64,000 nucleotides of DNA from a bacterium (GTDB taxonomy: Bacteria > Patescibacteriota > Minisyncoccia > Phycocordibacterales > VMGT01), in the NCBI GenBank assembly GCA_030697645.1, contig JAUYPI010000003.1, positions 318 through 64,317 on the forward strand. Direction: 5' to 3'. A program made the position numbers and the translations under genes. The notes below the pieces were generated by a model. It searched no databases. It had not been told where the DNA came from and saw nothing but the letters and a program-made list of their open reading frames with translations. How positions within the stretch are numbered: position 1 is the stretch's first letter; the number at the start of each line of letters is the position of its first letter. This document shows, in pieces, positions 28,409-37,265 of this stretch.

Positions 28409-28418
28409 CGGGTGTAAC

Positions 28419-28488
28419 GAGAGGGTAGAGAGTGGAAAGTGGAGAGTAGATTGTAGTCTACTTTCTCCCTTCCACTTTCTACTTTCCA
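28419..28488. repeat. Heptamer-periodic hairpin, GAGAGTG/CACTTTC type
   Basis: GAGGGTA GAGAGTG GAAAGTG GAGAGTA ... TACTTTC TCCCTTC CACTTTC TACTTTC. Confidence 0.85.
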
Positions 28489-28503
28489 AAATAAAACAAA
28501 TAT

Positions 28504-28848
28504 ATGCGCCCAACAAAACAGACACAACGTATTCGTCGCCACAAACGCATCCGCGCGAAGGTACGCGGTACCTCCGTGCGTCCCCGTCTCGCCGTGTATA
28601 AGTCCAATCGCTATCTTCACGTGCAGCTTGTTGATGACCGTACGGCGAAAACGATCGTTGGCATCATGAGTCGCGGTATCGGCTCGGGGAGCAAGGTCGA
28701 GCGCTCCCGGGTGGCAGGTGAGCAGCTTGCAAAAGCCGCGCGCGCAAAAGGCATCGAGCGCGTGGTGTTTGACCGTGGTGGCTTTAGCTTCAGAGGGAGG
28801 ATTGCGGCATGCGCAGAAGGGGCGAGATCAGGAGGACTTGTATTTTAG
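28504..28848 (+). CDS. rplR: 50S ribosomal protein L18
   Basis: RRHKRIR, RPRL.V..SN, VVFDRGG, AR..GL.F. Confidence 0.97.
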   Translation: MRPTKQTQRIRRHKRIRAKVRGTSVRPRLAVYKSNRYLHVQLVDDRTAKTIVGIMSRGIGSGSKVERSRVAGEQLAKAARAKGIERVVFDRGGFSFRGRIAACAEGARSGGLVF

Positions 28849-28953
28849 CTTTTAGTTGTTAGCTTATAGCTTTTAGAAGCTTCGAACGACTACGTCGCAA
28901 CGCGCGTGTACCGCAGTATCTCTAAAAGCTAACAGCTATAAGCTAAAAGCTAG
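28845..28953. repeat. Heptamer-periodic hairpin, TTAGCTT/AAGCTAA type
   Basis: TTAGCTT TTAGTTG TTAGCTT ATAGCTT ... AAGCTAA CAGCTAT AAGCTAA AAGCTAG; related to 58446..58523 and 40604..40632. Confidence 0.85.
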
Positions 28954-28959
28954 AAATTT

Positions 28960-29601
28960 ATGCCAGATCAAAGACCACAAGGACAAAGAGGAGGAGCGCG
29001 CGGGGCGAGACCGCCACGCGGGCAAGGAGGCGCTCGTCCTGAGCGCGCGCGCCCTCAGCGCGGCGGGCGCGCTGGTGGCCCGCGCGGCGGCGCAGAGCGC
29101 CGCCCGCGCCGCGGCGGGCCCGAAACATCAGACCGTTCACGTCAGTACAAGCCGGAGTTCGATCAAAAGATTCTCGACATCCGCCGTGTCGCGCGCGTTG
29201 TTTCCGGTGGGCGCCGATTTTCTTTCAGCGTGACGATTGTCGTCGGGAATCGCGCCGGCTCGGTCGGCGTCGGCCTCGGCAAGGCTGGGGACACGCCGCT
29301 TGCGATCGAGAAGGCAACGCGCGATGCCCGTAGAAATCTTATCGTCATCCCGCTCACCGAGAGCAAGTCGATCCCTCACGACACCGCAGCGAAGTATGGC
29401 GCGAGCATTGTGGAGTTCACGCCCGTCCGCGGACGCGGCCTCGTCGCGGGGAGCTCGGTGAGGAGCGTGCTTGAGCTCGCGGGCATCACCGACGTGTCCG
29501 CGAAAATTCATTCACGGAGTAAAAATAAGTTGAACAATGCGCGGGCGGCGGTGAAGGCGCTTGAGCAGTTTGTGTCGCATTCGACAAAAATCAAGGCATA
29601 A
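28960..29601 (+). CDS. rpsE: 30S ribosomal protein S5 with Arg/Gly-rich N-terminal extension
   Basis: RRVARVVSGGRRFSF, VG.G.GKA, VLELAGI.D. Confidence 0.97.
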   Translation: MPDQRPQGQRGGARGARPPRGQGGARPERARPQRGGRAGGPRGGAERRPRRGGPETSDRSRQYKPEFDQKILDIRRVARVVSGGRRFSFSVTIVVGNRAGSVGVGLGKAGDTPLAIEKATRDARRNLIVIPLTESKSIPHDTAAKYGASIVEFTPVRGRGLVAGSSVRSVLELAGITDVSAKIHSRSKNKLNNARAAVKALEQFVSHSTKIKA

Positions 29602-29618
29602 AGCGAATTGGGAACCCA

Positions 29619-29776
29619 CAAGCTCCAAACCAAATAAATTCCAAGCTCCAACCAACAAGTTCCAAACAAACTTCAAATTCCAATGCATCAAATCTCAAAC
29701 ACGCACGTCGTGTTTGGAAATTGGATTTTGAGCATTGAGATTTGTTTGGAGACGGGTTTTTTGGAAATTGGAAATT
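29619..29776. repeat. Heptamer-periodic hairpin, TTGGAAA/AAGCTCC type, at the usual rpmD position
   Basis: Near-identical to 26146..26288; no L30 ORF present. Confidence 0.9.
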
Positions 29777-29784
29777 CGTATCGT

Positions 29785-30240
29785 ATGCAACTCCATCAAT
29801 TATCGCGAACACATACTCATAAACACGCACGGCGCGTCGGCCGCGGCGGCAAGCGCGGCAAGACCTCGGGACGCGGCACGAAGGGGCAGCGCTCTCGCGC
29901 CGGGCACCGGATGCGCCCCGAGCTCCGCGACATCCTGAAGAAGCTCCCGAAGCGCCGCGGCTACGGCAAGAACCGCGCGCGCGGCGTGAACTCTTCGCGC
30001 GTGCGGCCGCTCGTTCTGAATGTCTCCGCGCTCGAGCGCACGTTTGCGGGAGGCGCGCGCGTTACTCCCGCCTCGCTCATCGCGGCAGGTCTCATTTCGA
30101 AGCGCGGCGGCAAAATGCCGCTTGTGAAGATCCTCAGCGACGGCGCGCTCACCAAGGCGCTCACGGTGAGCGGCTGCAGTGTCTCCGCTTCGGCGAGGGC
30201 GAAGATTGAGGGAGCGGGAGGGGGAATAAATCAAAAGTAA
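29785..30240 (+). CDS. rplO: 50S ribosomal protein L15
   Basis: RVGRGGKRGKTSGRGTKGQ..R, KLPKRRG, VKIL..G, SA..KIE.AGG. Confidence 0.97.
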   Translation: MQLHQLSRTHTHKHARRVGRGGKRGKTSGRGTKGQRSRAGHRMRPELRDILKKLPKRRGYGKNRARGVNSSRVRPLVLNVSALERTFAGGARVTPASLIAAGLISKRGGKMPLVKILSDGALTKALTVSGCSVSASARAKIEGAGGGINQK

Positions 30241-30491
30241 AAAATCAAAAATTAAAAATCACGAACCGCGCAGCTTGCTGCGCGGTTCGTGATTGCGGTC
30301 TTCTGGTGAGATACCGGGTCCCGGTCTTCACCTGATGGAATATGCAGATTTGCACGGGCAACCCCTGAAAAACCCTTGCTAATCCGCGTCTTCCGTCGAC
30401 TACCGCCACAACGATTGTCCATCCTTGTCCCTCGAGAATTTTCTAACTCGTATACGCCGAACGCGGGGAAGTTTGTCAACAGTAGGCGAGT

Positions 30492-30520
30492 TTGACAGGG
30501 GACGAAAGGGTGTATATAGT
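30492..30520 (+). promoter_or_regulatory. Sigma70 promoter upstream of the 23S-5S locus
   Basis: TTGACA-N17-TATAGT. Confidence 0.75.
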
Positions 30521-30604
30521 GATTTTACGTATGAGTAGATTGACTAAACTACACAAAAAGCGGAGGAGCTGACACTCGTCTTTGGTAGACTGTGTTCGTC
30601 CCAT

Positions 30605-30631
30605 CCGCTCAAGGTGAGCGGTTTTTGTTTT
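30605..30631 (+). terminator. Intrinsic terminator-like hairpin in the 23S leader
   Basis: CCGCTCA-AGG-TGAGCGG-TTTTTGTTTT. Confidence 0.65.
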
Positions 30632-30784
30632 GTCCGAACGATTGGACGATTGATTCTTTGTCAACAAAATAGGCCCCACGGCAAGAACGCATGGAGCGTT
30701 TTTAATTTCGATATTTTGAAATTTTGATATATCGAGGTGCCGGTGGCGGGCTAAAGCAAAAAGAATCAAATTAAGCAGGTAAAA

Positions 30785-30844
30785 CCGTGCTTCGCACGGA
30801 CATTTCGAAATATCGATATATCGAAATTTCCGCGCGGAGCGCGG
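30785..30844. repeat. Octamer-repeat hairpin in the 23S leader
   Basis: Identical to 31444..31503. Confidence 0.9.
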
Positions 30845-31013
30845 TAGCGGTTTTTCCGTTCCTCACAGGAATGGAAGCGCATATGGTGGATGCCTAGACT
30901 CCACATGGCGATGAAGGACGCGGCCTGGCGGCGATACGCTTCGGGGAGGTGCCTGGTAACCTTTGATCCGAAGATTTCCGAATGGGGAAACCCCTTTGCA
31001 TAAAACGCATTGA

Positions 31014-31392
31014 TCTGCCTGTATGTTTTGACTTTTGATTTTTGACAAAAAACCGACTGTCTGACACCTGACGTCAGAGCAGTCGGCCGCTTCGAACTCG
31101 CCCTCGATCCTTAACTTACATAGAGGATGAGGGAGAATGCGAGTAGTAAAAGCAATGCTGCGAGCATATACCAATATTTGTTGTTTTTATTGAGCTCGCG
31201 ATTTGCAGCCCCCAGCGCTTGCGCGGGCACTTCCTGCTCTTCCGTTCTGAGTAAGGAATGGGGATGCCTGTTATTGTGCATGGCATTGCTCCTAATCTAA
31301 GGTAAGAACTTTAAACTCACCCCGTGAGCTTACGTCACGAATATTTTATACTATAAGTATATTTTTGTCAAGAGTCAAAACATACAGGCAGA
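31014..31392. other. 23S intervening sequence 1 (in about helix 10), bounded by a ~30-bp stem
   Basis: TCTGCCTGTATGTTTTGAC..TTGACAAAAA pairs with TTTTTGTCAAGAGTCAAAACATACAGGCAGA. Confidence 0.88.
31111..31281 (-). CDS. 56-aa tail-anchored membrane protein encoded antisense inside IVS1
   Basis: MHNNRHPHSLLRTEEQEVPAQALGAANRELNKNNKYWYMLAALLLLLAFSLILYVS; AGGAG SD; TTGACA(31371)-N17-TAAAAT promoter; hairpin plus T6 terminator at 31047..31086. Confidence 0.7.
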   Translation of the reverse strand: MHNNRHPHSLLRTEEQEVPAQALGAANRELNKNNKYWYMLAALLLLLAFSLILYVS

Positions 31393-31443
31393 GGCATACC
31401 CAGGGAAGTGAAACATCTCAGTACCTGGAGGAAAAGAAAACAA

Positions 31444-31503
31444 CCGTGCTTCGCACGGACATTTCGAAATATCGATATATCGAAATTTCCGCGCGGAGCG
31501 CGG
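31444..31503. repeat. Octamer-repeat hairpin inserted in 23S (about H12)
   Basis: CCGTGC-TTC-GCACGGA [ATTTCGAA/ATATCGAT]x3 TCCGCGCGGAGCGCGG. Confidence 0.9.
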
Positions 31504-31545
31504 CCATTCCCTTAGTAGCGGCGAGCGAAACGGGAGGAGCCTAAA

Positions 31546-31605
31546 CCGTGCGCAGCACGGACATATCGATATTTCGAAATTTCGATATTTCCGCGCTGCG
31601 CGCGG
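31546..31605. repeat. Octamer-repeat hairpin inserted in 23S (about H15/16)
   Basis: Identical to 33108..33167. Confidence 0.9.
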
Positions 31606-31812
31606 TGTTGTACGGCAACGGCGTAGTTTAACTAGAGAAGTTACAAAGTGGTTTGTTAGCGGAATCTGCTGGAAAGCAGAGCCCCAGCGGGTAATAGCCC
31701 CGTACGCGAAAGCACGCCACCTTCTTTGCTGTTGTTCGTGAGTACCTCGGGACATGAATAGCCCGAGGGAATCTGGCAGGACTAACTGCCAAGGCTACAT
31801 ACGTGTGGAGAT

Positions 31813-31849
<37 letters not shown>

Positions 31850-31905
31850 CAGCCCGGTGAGGGCGGTGAAATAGACCTGAAACCATATGCGTACAAGGAG
31901 TCGGA

Positions 31906-32004
31906 GCTGCCGCACCTCATTGCATTCGGTGCGGACATTTCGATATTTCGAAATATCGATATATCGAAATGTCCACCGCGCCGAGTGTAGCGAGGTGCGG
32001 CGGT
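31906..32004. repeat. Octamer-repeat hairpin inserted in 23S (about H25)
   Basis: GCCGCACCTCATTGCATTCGGTGCGGA [octamer x4] ...CCGAGTGTAGCGAGGTGCGGC. Confidence 0.9.
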
Positions 32005-32109
32005 CACGGCGTGCCTATTGAAGAATGAGCCAACGAGTTGTCGTTTGTTGCCCGTCTAACCGCTTGTCGCGGGAAGGCATAGGGAAACCGAGTGTTAAAA
32101 GCGCGATCG

Positions 32110-32503
32110 CCTGCTCATATTTTTGGATTTTTATTAGTGGAAGTTAACTGAAACCGCCACGTTCATGTTAAACGTAGCGGTTTATCCCTGAGTCCAAGGA
32201 AGAGCGTCTTCCTCACCTTGTGAGGAAGAACCAGATTTTATCTGGAATGAGCTTTTGAAGGAAAGAGCCTGGAACAAGGAAATAAGCAAGTGCAATACAG
32301 ATCAAAAGCGGCCAATATATCCACCTTGGGACGAAATACCCGAGAAGATAGAAAACACCAGCAACGATACCAATAATGATATGACCTTTAAGGTTCATTT
32401 TCGTCTCCAATCTCGAATGAGGTGCCAGGGGGATGGGGGGTTCTCTATACAACAAATTAGTATAAATGTATTAATTTGTCAAGAGTCCAAAAATATGAGC
32501 AGG
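32110..32503. other. 23S intervening sequence 2 (about E. coli position 654), bounded by an 18-bp perfect stem
   Basis: CCTGCTCATATTTTTGGA / TCCAAAAATATGAGCAGG. Confidence 0.88.
32213..32398 (-). CDS. 61-aa two-TM membrane protein encoded antisense inside IVS2
   Basis: MNLKGHIIIGIVAGVFYLLGYFVPRWIYWPLLICIALAYFLVPGSF...; GGAG SD; TTGACA(32482)-N17-TAATTT; downstream hairpin 32151..32183. Confidence 0.7.
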   Translation of the reverse strand: MNLKGHIIIGIVAGVFYLLGYFVPRWIYWPLLICIALAYFLVPGSFLQKLIPDKIWFFLTR

Positions 32504-32778
32504 TACAGCAGCAAACGCCAGACCCGAAGCCGGGTGAGCTTGCCATGGGCAGGGTGAAGGCGATGGAAACATCGCTGGAGGCCCGAACCGGTCAGCCGTG
32601 CAAAACTGTCGGATGACCTGTGGCAAGGAGTGAAAAGCTAATCGAACTCGGTAATAGCTGGTTCTCTCCGAAATAGCTTTAGGGCTAGCGTTCTGTGTTC
32701 CTTCCGGGGGTAGAGCACTGGATGGAAAGAATAGGGAGCAATCTCGTCTTTCCAATCAAACTCCGAATACCGGAAGCA

Positions 32779-32865
32779 CGCCGCACCTCATTGCATTCGG
32801 TGCGGACATATCGATATTTCGAAATTTCGATATGTCCGCCGCGCCGAGTGTAGCGAGGTGCGGCG
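32779..32865. repeat. Octamer-repeat hairpin inserted in 23S (about position 930)
   Basis: Same clamp as 31906..32004. Confidence 0.9.
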
Positions 32866-33107
32866 GATAGCAGGGCAGTTAGACTATGGGGGCTAAGCTC
32901 CATTGGTCAAAAAGGGAAGAGCCTTTGATCTCCAGTTAAGGTCCCTAATACGGCGCTCAGTGCATCTTAAGGAAGTAGAGACCCACAGACAGTGAGGAGG
33001 TTGGCTTAGAAGCAGCCATCCTTTAAAGAAAGCGTAACAGCTCACTCATCGAGGGTTTCTGCGCCGCAGATTCACGGGGCTTAAGCGCCGAACCGAAACT
33101 GAGGATG

Positions 33108-33167
33108 CCGTGCGCAGCACGGACATATCGATATTTCGAAATTTCGATATTTCCGCGCTGCGCGCGG
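33108..33167. repeat. Octamer-repeat hairpin inserted in 23S (about H45)
   Basis: Identical to 31546..31605. Confidence 0.9.
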
Positions 33168-33494
33168 TGTGGTAGGAGAGCATCCTGCACCCGCAATGAA
33201 GCACGGGCGTGAGCTCCGTGTGGAGCGTGCAGGAGTGAGAATGTTGGCACAAGTAACCGCAATGCGGGTGAAAGCCCCGCACGCCGAAAGCCCAAGGTTT
33301 CCTTGGCGATGACAATCAGCCAAGGGTTAGTCGGGCCTTAGCCGATGGCGAAAGCCGGAGGTGATGGACACACGGTTAATATTCCGTGACCCGGATCCAT
33401 TTCGATGTGGTGACGGAGGAGATAAGCGGGGGCGCATTATTGGATTTGCGTCGCCCGTGCGAAGACGCGCCGCCTAGGTAAATCCGGACGGCAC

Positions 33495-33585
33495 GCCGCC
33501 GCACCTCATTGCATTCGGTGCGGACATTTCGATATGTCGATATTTCGAAATGTCCGCCGCACCGAGTGTAGCGAGGTGCGGCGGT
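33495..33585. repeat. Octamer-repeat hairpin inserted in 23S (about H58/59)
   Basis: Same clamp as 31906..32004. Confidence 0.9.
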
Positions 33586-33791
33586 ACCGTCGAGCGCGGT
33601 AGAAATTCCGGGGTTCGCCCCGGGAAATCCTCGCGAAGAGCCTTCCAAGAAAAACCACTAAGGCTAGGTGGATTCGGTCCGTACCGCAAACCGACACAGG
33701 TGGGCAGGTCGAGAAGACCAAGGCGAACGGGTGAGTGTTCCCCAAGGAACTCGGCAAAAAAGCAGCCGTAACTTCGGGATAAGGCTTGCCT

Positions 33792-34331
33792 TGTCGGGGC
33801 TGAAAGAAGGAAAATTTTGTTCTTTAAGGAGACGATCAATGGATAGCATAGGTGGGAGGCTGAATTATTGGAGCGGCGAAAAATCCAATAGAAATACCAG
33901 CCGTCAGTGGAATACCACCCTTGATCGTTTTCGTCCGGAAATTCGCTTAAAAACCGAGTTTCCGGTTGAGTTCAGTGGAGCAAATCGGGCGTTTAGTCGA
34001 GTGCTTCCATGCCGTGTAAAATAGCGCTTGTCTGATTTGCTCCGCCAGTCCAATGGAGCGGTCAGGCCGGAGAGTTCTCCTGCAATACGTGGGTGACCCA
34101 TGAGAGGTTGCTACGTTCCCTTGCAAGGTTCTGTAAAAATCTCCCGCCCTGCCGAGTGGTTGAAGTCCACGCCGCTCCAACCCGACCAATGGGGTAGATC
34201 ATGGATACTTTCTGGGATATTGGGAGTGATAACCTCCGAACCCAATTTCCGGAGTAGCAAGTATGCATGGTCTACTCCTTCAATCAATCGGGGGATGTCT
34301 CTGATATCCCCTCCTTCTTTCAGCTCCGATG
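33792..34331 (+). ncRNA. ~540-nt structured insert in 23S helix 63 containing an L1-stalk-like module
   Basis: Boundary stem TGTCGGGGCTGAAAGAAGGA/TCCTTCTTTCAGCTCCGATG; several internal hairpins; 33844..33918 copies H77 motifs of 34999..35063. Confidence 0.8.
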
Positions 34332-34450
34332 AGGCCGCAGCGAAAGTACCCCTGCCGACTGTTTACCAAAAACACAGCTCCCTGCGAACTCGCAAGAGAA
34401 TGTATAGGGGGTGATGCCTGACCAATGCCGGAAGGTCAAACAGTGGTGGT

Positions 34451-34534
34451 GACCGCATCACACGGCGTGTGATGCGGACATATCGATATTTCGAAATTTC
34501 GATATGTCCGCATCGCGCTTCGCGCGATGCGGTT
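34451..34534. repeat. Octamer-repeat hairpin inserted in 23S (about H68)
   Basis: CCGCATCACACGG.GTGTGATGCGGA [octamers] TCCGCATCGCGCTTCGCGCGATGCGG; twin at 38153..38240. Confidence 0.9.
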
Positions 34535-34589
34535 GCTGGCCGCTGTAAGCCCCGGTGAATGTCGGCCATAACTATAATGGTCCTAAGGT

Positions 34590-34818
34590 CACGGCTCTCT
34601 TGATTTTTCAAGGGAGTCGTGAGGACTGGGACTATTATAGCGGTAAACAGAAAGTGCAAGCTACCTTATCGTGCGGTAACGCACGAATTAGTCCGCACCA
34701 CGACTCACATGAGAGGCCATACGTCGTGCTCCGACACCACTTTTTGGTTTCAGTCTTAGCTGAAACCAAAAAGTGGTGTCGGGTGAAGATATGGTCCTTC
34801 GCAAGAAGGAAAGCGAAG
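34590..34818 (+). ncRNA. Group I intron at about L1931, no ORF
   Basis: Interrupts CCTAAGGT^AGCGAAATTCC; ends in G; S-like GAAGATATGGTCC; 23-bp perfect hairpin at 34731..34782. Confidence 0.85.
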
Positions 34819-35478
34819 AGCGAAATTCCTTGTCCTCTAATTAGGGACGCGCACGAATGGCATAACGAGTGGGGGACTGTCTCGGGGAACAGCCCGGTGA
34901 AAATACAATCCCGGTGAAGATGCCGGGTACCTGCAGCTAGACGAAAAGACCCTAGAAGCTTTACTATAACTTGATATTGGTCGTATGTTTCCACTGCGTA
35001 GCATAGGTGGGAGGCTTTGAAGCTCTGCTCTCGGGCAGCGTGGAGCCGTCAGTGAAATACCACTCTGTGGGAGTGTACGCTCTAACCTCGACGGCAAAAA
35101 CGGCGAGGGACAGTATCTGGTGGGTAGTTTTGTTGGGGCGACATCCTGAAAGTTCTGCGAAAGGAGGCCTTTCGCAGCGTCGTCCCGGATCGTCATTTAT
35201 TCCTGACGGTTCGAAGCCGTGCGTGGCACAGAATTTCCAATTTCCAATAACCAATTTCCAATAAAATGTCCAATGTTTCAATTTCCAATGTTCAAACGTT
35301 CATGTTTGAGATTTTGAATTTGAGATTTGGAATTTGTTTGGAAATTTAACACTTGGAGCTTGGAGCTTCCGCGCCGCGCGCGGCGAAGGGGATCCCGTAT
35401 GGCAACATGCGGGCAAACATCTTGCTATTTGCTGGAACAGCCGGCGTATCTGGCACTACCATGAGAGGAGGATGATAC

Positions 35479-35667
35479 ATGTATTATCTTTTACAGATCC
35501 AAACGAATGAGGAAATTATGTTCACCGAAAAAGATGATCACCGTGCGCTTCGAGAAGCGCGCAAGTATCTTTGGGAGCATGGAATAACGAAAGAGGACGG
35601 ATCAAAAGTTAAGCACGAAGTCACCGTTACCCTTTCAGGGTTACTGCGACGGATCAAAACATGGTGA
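35479..35667 (+). CDS. Intron-encoded hypothetical protein (62 aa)
   Basis: GAGGAGG SD about 7 nt upstream of ATG; no endonuclease motif. Confidence 0.6.
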   Translation: MYYLLQIQTNEEIMFTEKDDHRALREARKYLWEHGITKEDGSKVKHEVTVTLSGLLRRIKTW

Positions 35668-35713
35668 AAATGTGACCAGTGCGGCCAACCAGCAGGGAAG
35701 GAGAAAATTACCA

Positions 35714-35950
35714 ATGAGTGCAGCAACACCAGTGGATGATCTTGGTGAAACAAAGACAAAGATAAATATTGTAAAGGAGTTAGACGATATTTTACACGAT
35801 TACAAGTCTGAACGCTTCAAGTTAGATACGGTGGCGTATCATGTATCAGTGCCTGCAGGAGAAACAGAGAAAGAAAGAGAACGATTAGCTAAGCAGACGC
35901 TGAAAAAATGTCTTTGGCTGGTAGTTAATTATCTCACCCTCAACGACTAA
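35714..35950 (+). CDS. Intron-encoded hypothetical protein (78 aa)
   Basis: AAGGAG SD; stop codon overlaps the intron R element; no endonuclease motif. Confidence 0.6.
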   Translation: MSAATPVDDLGETKTKINIVKELDDILHDYKSERFKLDTVAYHVSVPAGETEKERERLAKQTLKKCLWLVVNYLTLND

Positions 35951-36342
35951 ACGCAGGATTCCTTACCGACGGGCGATTTCGCTCGTCGGTAAGGAAAAGA
36001 TATAGTCTGATCTCCATGGCGACATGGAGAGGCACGCAGAAATGACGTGCCCGCGCCGTGCTTCGCACGGAAATTTAAATATTTAAACATTTAAACTTCC
36101 GCGCGGAGCGCGGCGGGCAACAACAATGCCTAAAAAGTAACGGAGGAGTCTATTAAGGTCGGCTAGGCGCGAATGGAAACCGTGCCGATAGTGTAAGGGC
36201 ACAAGCCGGCTTCACTGCGAGGCGTACATGCCAAGCAGATGCGAAAGCAGAGCCTAGTGAACCGACGGTTCGCTTTAGAAGCGGCCGAAGATTAACGGAT
36301 AAAAGCTACTCTAGGGATAACAGGCTGGTACCGCCCAAGAGT

Positions 36343-37205
36343 CAATGAGGCTCCCTCTGGCGGCAACGTCAGAGTAAACTGTGACTCAAATCGGTGAAAT
36401 CCAGCGTTCGCAATTTGCAATTTCTAATTCCCAATTTCGAATTAGTAGTTGATAATTCGTAATTGCGTCAGCTGGACAATACCGAGGGTAAGAGAACTTG
36501 AAATTTGTTATATGGAAACAAAACGCGCACAACGCGCTCGTGTGCTACCTCTCGACCAGAGGCAGCGTGAGATCGTTATCGGATCTCTCCTAGGAGACGG
36601 ACATTTGGCACGGACAACGCGAGGATATGCGTTCCGGGTCAATCACGGGATAGGACAGCGTGAGTATGTTAATTGGAAGTATCAGGAGCTCGAGTCGTTT
36701 ACGAACTCGAGGCCGAATACATGTGATCGATCGTACTATTTTCGCACCGTATCTCACCCGTACTTCGACGAGTTGCGTCGTGTGTTCTATGTTGGCAATC
36801 GAAAAATAATTCCAGAAATGCTTGAGGGCTGGTTGACGCCACTCGTGTTCGCCGTGTGGTTTATGGACGACGGCACGCGAGACGGAAAACAAGTTCGACT
36901 GAATACGCAATGCTTCAGAAGAGAAGAGCACGAACTGCTCGTGTTTCTTTTACAAGCTAAACTCGGGATAACGGCGACAATCAATCGAGATAAAGCCCAG
37001 TACCGTTTGCGCGTGTGCGAGAAAAGCATGCCGCGCTTTCGAGCACTGGTGTCCCCGTTGATTATTCCGAGCATGCGCTACAAGTTCTCCCCGTAACGAC
37101 TTCCGCATTTCACTGCGGGGACTGCGGGCTTAAAAAGCCGCAGTAAAACGTCACCGTCCCGAAAGGGACGAAGGTATAGTCTACCTCATGAGTAATCATG
37201 AAGTG
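36343..37205 (+). mobile_element. Group I intron at about L2473 carrying a homing endonuclease
   Basis: Interrupts CCCAAGAGT^CCATATCG; IGS GCTC pairs GAGT with a U.G wobble; AAATCGGTGAAA (P), AATACCGAG (Q), GTAACGACT (R), AAGGTATAGTCT (S); terminal G. Confidence 0.9.
36512..37096 (+). CDS. LAGLIDADG homing endonuclease (double motif, LAGLIDADG_2 type)
   Basis: IVIGSLLGDG and FAVWFMDDG motifs. Confidence 0.92.
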   Translation: METKRAQRARVLPLDQRQREIVIGSLLGDGHLARTTRGYAFRVNHGIGQREYVNWKYQELESFTNSRPNTCDRSYYFRTVSHPYFDELRRVFYVGNRKIIPEMLEGWLTPLVFAVWFMDDGTRDGKQVRLNTQCFRREEHELLVFLLQAKLGITATINRDKAQYRLRVCEKSMPRFRALVSPLIIPSMRYKFSP

Positions 37206-37265
37206 CCATATCGCCGGCGGTGTTCGGCACCTCGATGTCGGCTCACCTCATCCCGGGGCTGGAGA

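Larger units (their letters stand above)
35148..36128 (+). ncRNA. Group I intron at about L2262 with two small ORFs and repeat hairpins
   Basis: Interrupts GGGGCGACATCCT^CCTAAAAAGTAACGGAGG; CTCAACGACTA (R), AAGATATAGTCT (S); terminal G. Confidence 0.87.

Noticed and set aside
28960-29150. Arg/Gly-rich N-terminal extensions on S5 and RNase J
   Set aside because: Low-complexity basic extensions on these proteins are common in CPR and other bacteria, so not distinctive on their own.
33838-34268. Short ORFs with AAGGAG-like SD at both ends of the helix-63 insert
   Set aside because: The translations look non-protein-like, and the SD-like purines are explained by RNA stems and the L1-stalk motif. 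The insert is treated as structured RNA, though translation is not excluded.
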